Source of the DNA: Xanthomonas campestris pv. campestris str. ATCC 33913
Lineage (GTDB): Bacteria; Pseudomonadota; Gammaproteobacteria; Xanthomonadales; Xanthomonadaceae
Direction: 5' to 3'
Assembly (NCBI RefSeq): GCF_000007145.1
Contig: NC_003902.1
Span: forward strand, 2,017,436 to 2,049,435
DNA: 32,000 nt
Positions 27,860 to 32,000 of the stretch are shown here, in pieces. The stretch's first letter is position 1. Each line of letters starts with the position of its first letter. The notes below the pieces were generated by a model. The model was not told where the DNA came from. It searched no databases and saw only the letters and a program-made list of their open reading frames with translations. Position numbers and translations under genes: made by a program.

Positions 27860-27885
27860 TCCCTTGCATGTTTCCAGGTGAACCC

Positions 27886-29313
27886 ATGTCCAGTGTCTCC
27901 ATTGACGGCGCCCCCGATGCCGGCGAGAACACCCGTTTCATCATCCTGATCAGCTGCGTGGCCACGATCGGCGGCTTTCTGTTCGGCTTCGACAGTGGCG
28001 TGATCAATGGCACCGTCGACGGGCTCAAGCAGACCTTCCAGTCCAGCGCCGCCGAGACCGGCTTCGAAGTTGCCTCGATGCTGCTGGGGTGCGCCATCGG
28101 CGCCTTCTTTGCCGGCCGCCTGGCCGACCGCTGGGGCCGCCGTGCTGTCCTGATCATTTCTGCGGCGCTGTTCCTGCTCTCGGCTATCGGTGCCGGTGCC
28201 TCGCACAGCTCCGGCTTCTTCATCTTTGCCCGCGTGATGGGCGGCTTTGCGGTAGGCGCAGCCAGCGTCATTTCGCCGGCCTACATCGCCGAGGTTGCCT
28301 CCGCGCGCTATCGCGGCCGGCTCGCCACCATGCAGCAGATCGCCATCATCAGCGGGCTGTTCTGCGCGTTCTTGAGCAACTACCTGCTGGCCAATGCCGC
28401 CGGTGCGTCCACCGAGCCGTTATGGGGCGGGCAGGCGGCCTGGCGCTGGATGTTCTGGATGCAGGCCATCCCGTCGCTGCTGTTCCTGCTGCTGTTGCTG
28501 GTCATCCCCGAAAGCCCGCGCTACCTGGTGGTCAAGGGCCGTCGCGAGCAGGCGCTGGTGGTGCTCAAGCGGCTGTACGGTAACGCGGCCGCGCAGACCA
28601 AGCTGGGCGAAATCTCCGCCTCGATGTCGGCCGACCAGCACAAGCCCAAGTTCTCCGACCTGATCAGCAAGACCACCGGCAAGATCCGCCCGATCGTATG
28701 GATTGGCGTCGGCCTGGCGGTGTTCCAGCAACTGGTCGGCATCAACGTGGTGTTCTATTACGGCGCGGTGCTGTGGCAGGCAGTGGGCTTCTCCGAACAG
28801 GACGCCTTGCTGATCAACGTGCTCTCCGGCGGCCTCAGCATTGGTGCCTGCCTGGTCACGGTGATGCTGGTCGACAAGATCGGCCGCAAGCCGTTGCTGT
28901 GGATCGGCTCGGCCGGTATGGCGGTATCGCTGGCACTGGTGACCTACGCCTTCGCCACCGCCTCGCTGGATCCCAACGGCAAGCTCGCGATGTCCGATGC
29001 CATGGGCATGCTCGCGCTGGTTGCCGCCAACGTCTACGTGGTGTTCTTCAATGCCTCGTGGGGCCCGGTGATGTGGGTGATGCTGGGCGAGATGTTTCCC
29101 AACCAGATCCGCGGTTCGGGCCTGGCCATTGCCGGCGCTGCACAGTGGACTTCCAACTTCGCCATCACCGTCAGCTTCCCGATCCTGCTCGGCAGCATCG
29201 GTCTTGCCGGCGCCTACGGCATCTACACCGTTGCCGCCTTCATCTCGGTGTTCTTCGTGCTCAAGTACGTCTACGAGACGAAGGGCAAGGAGCTGGAGCA
29301 GATGGAGGGCTGA
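27886..29313 (+). CDS. MFS sugar porter (XylE/GlcP-like sugar:H+ symporter), 475 aa
   Basis: Sugar-porter signatures are present: GGFLFGFDSGVINGT, GRLADRWGRR, PESPRYL, VDKIGRKPLL and YETKGKELEQME, across about 12 TM segments. I preferred the start ATG 27886 (AGGTG 6 nt upstream) over 27868. Confidence 0.9.
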   Translation: MSSVSIDGAPDAGENTRFIILISCVATIGGFLFGFDSGVINGTVDGLKQTFQSSAAETGFEVASMLLGCAIGAFFAGRLADRWGRRAVLIISAALFLLSAIGAGASHSSGFFIFARVMGGFAVGAASVISPAYIAEVASARYRGRLATMQQIAIISGLFCAFLSNYLLANAAGASTEPLWGGQAAWRWMFWMQAIPSLLFLLLLLVIPESPRYLVVKGRREQALVVLKRLYGNAAAQTKLGEISASMSADQHKPKFSDLISKTTGKIRPIVWIGVGLAVFQQLVGINVVFYYGAVLWQAVGFSEQDALLINVLSGGLSIGACLVTVMLVDKIGRKPLLWIGSAGMAVSLALVTYAFATASLDPNGKLAMSDAMGMLALVAANVYVVFFNASWGPVMWVMLGEMFPNQIRGSGLAIAGAAQWTSNFAITVSFPILLGSIGLAGAYGIYTVAAFISVFFVLKYVYETKGKELEQMEG

Positions 29314-29324
29314 TCACGGCGTTG

Positions 29325-29338
29325 TGCTGATATCAGCA
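29325..29338. repeat. 14-bp perfect palindrome immediately after the porter stop codon
   Basis: TGCTGATATCAGCA is its own reverse complement. It starts 12 nt after the TGA and sits directly before the terminator hairpin. Confidence 0.4.
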
Positions 29339-29343
29339 TGAGA

Positions 29344-29380
29344 AACGCAGAAGGCCGCGCAATGCGCGGCCTTCTGCGTT
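29344..29380 (+). terminator. strong terminator hairpin closing the xyl/porter transcription unit
   Basis: AACGCAGAAGGCCGCGC-aat-GCGCGGCCTTCTGCGTT is a perfect 17-bp stem with a 3-nt loop. It is followed by GATGAT, with no clear U-tract. Confidence 0.75.
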
Positions 29381-29611
29381 GATGATCTCGCCGGGATCTG
29401 CCGATGTCTCGCATGCCTGCATCGCTGCAAGCGACTCAGTCGAGCTGGCTGTCATCGTTGGGCTGGATGCGGCGTGTGTGCCCCTGGCAACTGCCCGCAG
29501 CTCTGGCCTCTGCTGTATCAGGCGGCCTGATTCCCGCGTGGCCCAACGCACCAGCAAAGTGCAATGCACGTCTTCAACTGCGATAACCGCCCGCAAGCGC
29601 GCAGGCTCTTC

Positions 29612-29638
29612 TTGCAAATTGTGCGCCACCGCTATACT
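29612..29638 (+). promoter_or_regulatory. candidate sigma-70 promoter for the MASE1 gene
   Basis: TTGCAA (29612-29617) is followed by 15 nt and then TATACT (29633-29638), about 57 nt upstream of ATG 29695. The -10 is good, but the spacing is shorter than optimal. Confidence 0.3.
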
Positions 29639-29694
29639 CCAATAGGTAGTTTCCCTCCAGACTAGGGCGAATCGTGGAACCAAGGAGTGGTGGT

Positions 29695-31233
29695 ATGGCG
29701 GTAGCTAAAGAGCTTGTTAGGGGCATGCTGATCAGCGTGTGCTACTGCTTGGCGTTTCTGATGCTTTGGCGCTTGTCGATCGACCAATGGTATCTGCCAG
29801 TTGGGTTGCGCGTAGTCACTTTGCTGTTCCGGCCTTACCGCGAGTGGCCTTTTCTGTTGGCAGGTGACGCTGCGGCGATGTTGTTCTTGCGTATTCCGCT
29901 GGGCGAATTGCAGGGATTTAATCCGTTATGGTCATATCTGAGTCCCTTCGTACATGCGCCTTTGATTGCTGGGGCGATTGGCCTACTTCGATACCAAGTT
30001 CCTCATATTGTTAAAAGCCAGCAATGGTTTATTCCTGCTGCTCTTGTCATAGCTCTCTGGAACGCTATATGCAGCTTGGTGCTAAACTCGACCCTCGGTG
30101 GACCGCAGGCTTATCCTGTACTAGACCTGATGTTGCGCTATTGGTCAGGTAGCTATCTGGGCATGCTGGTCTTGCTTCTTCCGGCGATGTTATGGGCTAA
30201 CTGGAATGATGGTCCTGTACGCCTGAGTCTCCAGCGAGATCTTGCAATCGCGGTGGCTGTTATCCTAAGTCTGTTTTTTTTATTAGGGGTCTCGCAAGAG
30301 CCATTGACTCGAAACATCTTGATGGTAGCGATGCTCGTGCCAATGGTCGTGTTGACTTTCAGGCACGGGTGGAAAGGCAGTGCTCTAGGGTCACTATTGG
30401 CAAGCTTCGCAATTGAGTTCTCGCTTCCTCGGGTGTATCAGATCGGTTTTTTTGATCAACAAGTTTTTAGTATGCAGTTGCTCTATGCGGTCACGACGAC
30501 AGTTCTTTTTGTTTTCAATGCTCGTCTGCGCGAGCCAGCCCGCAATAAGGTTTCAAGTCAACCAGGAGATGACGCCTTCACTCTAGCCCGAGCCAGCTAT
30601 TCTAGTGCTGAGCGCATGCTACGCAATCGAGTGCTGGAGTACTCTGACATCAATGTTCAGATCAACAAGATGCGCAAAGATGTGGTGGCTGATTTGAGGG
30701 GGAGAGGGCAGCATTCTGCAGCAATGGAAATGACACGAGTCAGTGTCCTTGAGTCGCAATTGCTTCAGCAGTATGTCGCCGCGCTGTATCCGTTGGAAAT
30801 CGAGACGCATGGGCTGTATCAGGCTCTGCGTTCGTCAGCACTCGAGCGTTTCTGCCAGTCTCAGTTTCAATGCGTGTTTCGCGGTGACTGCAGGAAGCTA
30901 TCGTTGGAACTTCAATTGAGTGCTTATCGCAGTACTCTCAATTGTGTGGAGATCTTGCCGCCGGCCAGTCGGCACTTCATCCAGGCTCGTGCTTGGACCG
31001 GGAAAGGGGCTAGGGGCGTGTTGGTGCGTGTAATTGCTGATTCGTCGTCAGCTGAGGCGGCCAAGAGCGACTCGATCGATGTGGAGGCTGAACTGAAGGC
31101 GCGGTTGAAAGCGCATGGCGGCATGTTTCGCCGCCGCCATGCGCTGGTTCTGACCTTTCTGGTTGCCGAGCCAGTCTCCGTTGCGGTCAGGGGGAGACTA
31201 TCCAGTGTTCCCCAGTTGCTTCCCGCCAGTTGA
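29695..31233 (+). CDS. MASE1-like integral membrane sensor fused to a degenerate UhpB/NarX-type (HisKA_3 plus HATPase-like) module, a putative pseudo-histidine kinase, 512 aa
   Basis: AAGGAG lies 7 nt before ATG 29695. The N-terminal ~290 aa have 8-10 TM segments with UhpB-like landmarks ([24 protein letters not shown] vs UhpB [38 protein letters not shown] vs WHYGWQGALIATLM). The C-terminal half is colinear with the UhpB kinase core but has diverged at the key boxes: [11 protein letters not shown] vs [21 protein letters not shown] vs EGLNNIVKH, VIADSSS vs IEDDGSG, and [10 protein letters not shown] vs MRERVTALGG. This alignment was done by eye from memory of UhpB. Confidence 0.6.
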   Translation: [512 protein letters not shown]

Positions 31234-31657
31234 ATACCGTGAAGTTCTTTGTTTTGTAGACAAGTCGTGCTTGATCACGCTGAGTTGAATCAAGCATTGG
31301 CGGATTGTTTGAACTCGTGCCGGCTGCAATCCTGTTTGCAGCCGGCAACACGACACGTTCTACATCCTTGCCCATCGGCAAGGTCCAGAGTGCGTTGTCC
31401 ACTCTTGCTACCACTGCGTGGACCACGCCAGTTACGTCGTTGATCTGGAGATATGTCACTCCATCACGATGGAGTTCATAAATGGCAAGCGAAGGATCCA
31501 TTGTTAGATTGGCTGCCTTGGGATTGCTTTCGCCAAGCCCTGTCATTGCATGTACGCCGACACCACCATTGGCACAGCACTGAGCCACTGCCATGCCTGA
31601 TGACAGCATTCCAGCAACGACGCAAAAAGCCATAAGCCAATTTTTTGAGTTCTTCAT
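31187..31657 (-). CDS. small secreted protein of unknown function, 156 aa
   Basis: ATG 31657 is preceded by GGGGAAGG. The Sec signal is MKNSKNWLMAFCVVAGMLSSGMAVAQ, followed by CCANGG. The mature part appears rich in beta-strand-forming residues and I recognise no family. The gene is low-GC like its neighbour. Its 3' end overlaps the MASE1 gene 3' end by 47 nt. Confidence 0.55.
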   Translation of the reverse strand: MKNSKNWLMAFCVVAGMLSSGMAVAQCCANGGVGVHAMTGLGESNPKAANLTMDPSLAIYELHRDGVTYLQINDVTGVVHAVVARVDNALWTLPMGKDVERVVLPAANRIAAGTSSNNPPMLDSTQRDQARLVYKTKNFTVFNWREATGEHWIVSP

Positions 31658-31708
31658 GATTTTGCCTTCCCCCTGCATGGGGCAACACCGCCTGCGATTC
31701 AGGCGCTT

Positions 31709-31721
31709 ACACGTTACGTGT
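31709..31721. promoter_or_regulatory. inverted repeat ACACGT-t-ACGTGT upstream of the small secreted-protein gene
   Basis: Two 6-bp arms are separated by one nt, 52-64 nt upstream of the minus-strand ATG 31657. It is a candidate operator only. Confidence 0.25.
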
Positions 31722-31863
31722 TGAATGGCAGATTTTGTTGATTGTTTGTCGCAGAAAATCGCTGCGGCATACCGTCCGCCGAACAGCGAGGAACAGTCAA
31801 CCGCGTCCGCCGTTACCTGGACCTATCCGGTCAGGCGTGATGTGCAGTGCTGGAGCGCGCTAT

Positions 31864-32000
31864 TTAGCGGCTCGGCTCGAGTTCGCCACCGGCACGTTCA
31901 AACCATCCAATCACTCGCCGGTGATGAGGTTCGCCCCAACGACGCAAGAACTGCTGGGTGTGGTGGTCGCCGAGGTCGCGCAGGCTGGCGAGTCGTTGGG
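31864..32000 (-). CDS. 3' end of an unidentified high-GC gene that continues beyond the window
   Basis: The minus-strand frame is open from the window edge to TAA (31866-31864). It translates as ...QRLASLRDLGDHHTQQFLRRWGEPHHRRVIGWFERAGGELEPSR*. The ORF track does not list it because its start lies outside the window. GC returns to host level here. I recognise no family. Confidence 0.4.
   Translation of the reverse strand, partial: QRLASLRDLGDHHTQQFLRRWGEPHHRRVIGWFERAGGELEPSR

Noticed and set aside
24846-28271. A 1141-aa minus-strand ORF spanning xylB, xylA and the start of the porter gene.
   Set aside because: It runs antisense to three genes with unmistakable family motifs and crosses their intergenic spacers. 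The translation is Ala/Gly/Arg/His-rich with low complexity and no motif. It is a typical shadow ORF of a ~65% GC genome, where stop codons are rare on the antisense strand.
29333-29683. ORFs in the junction before the islet: minus 29333-29683 (116 aa), plus 29379-29645 (88 aa) and plus 29404-29586 (60 aa).
   Set aside because: They overlap one another. The minus-strand ORF reads through the terminator hairpin and into the MASE1 start region. None has an RBS or motif. The region may be a gene remnant, but I cannot support a CDS.
1-32000. CRISPR arrays, tRNA or rRNA genes, IS elements, integrases, and phage or defence-system genes.
   Set aside because: I saw no spaced direct repeats, no cloverleaf-like or rRNA-like segments, and no transposase, integrase or nuclease motifs in any supported ORF. 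The only compositionally foreign segment (29.6-31.8 kb) carries none of these.

Overview
This is a high-GC chromosomal segment (about 65% in hand-counted 60-nt lines) whose gene content and order look like a Xanthomonas-type gammaproteobacterium. From left to right it contains:
- the 3' part of dapA, a small lipoprotein gene and fdxA;
- a minus-strand, translationally coupled D-galactonate (De Ley-Doudoroff) operon, dgoA-dgoD-lactonase-dgoK, with a divergent LysR-family regulator;
- a roughly 22 kb plus-strand xyloglucan utilisation locus. It has two tandem TonB-dependent receptors (the second broken by one in-frame TAG), a GH74 enzyme, a SASA-type acetylesterase, a GH35-like lipoprotein, a GH31 enzyme with a PA14 insert, and a GH95 enzyme. 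This string runs directly into xylB, xylA and an MFS sugar porter;
- a roughly 2.1 kb low-GC islet (43-52% in hand-counted lines).

The islet holds two genes. One encodes a MASE1-type membrane protein whose cytoplasmic half is colinear with a UhpB-type histidine kinase but lacks the H-, N- and G-box residues. The other is a convergent gene, overlapping it by 47 bp, for a small secreted protein of no family I recognise.

I recognised no rRNA, tRNA, CRISPR array, transposase or integrase. The carbohydrate locus resembles a system I recall as already described in Xanthomonas. The least explained part of the window is the low-GC islet at about 29.6-31.8 kb. All family calls come from reading motifs by eye, and no database search was run.
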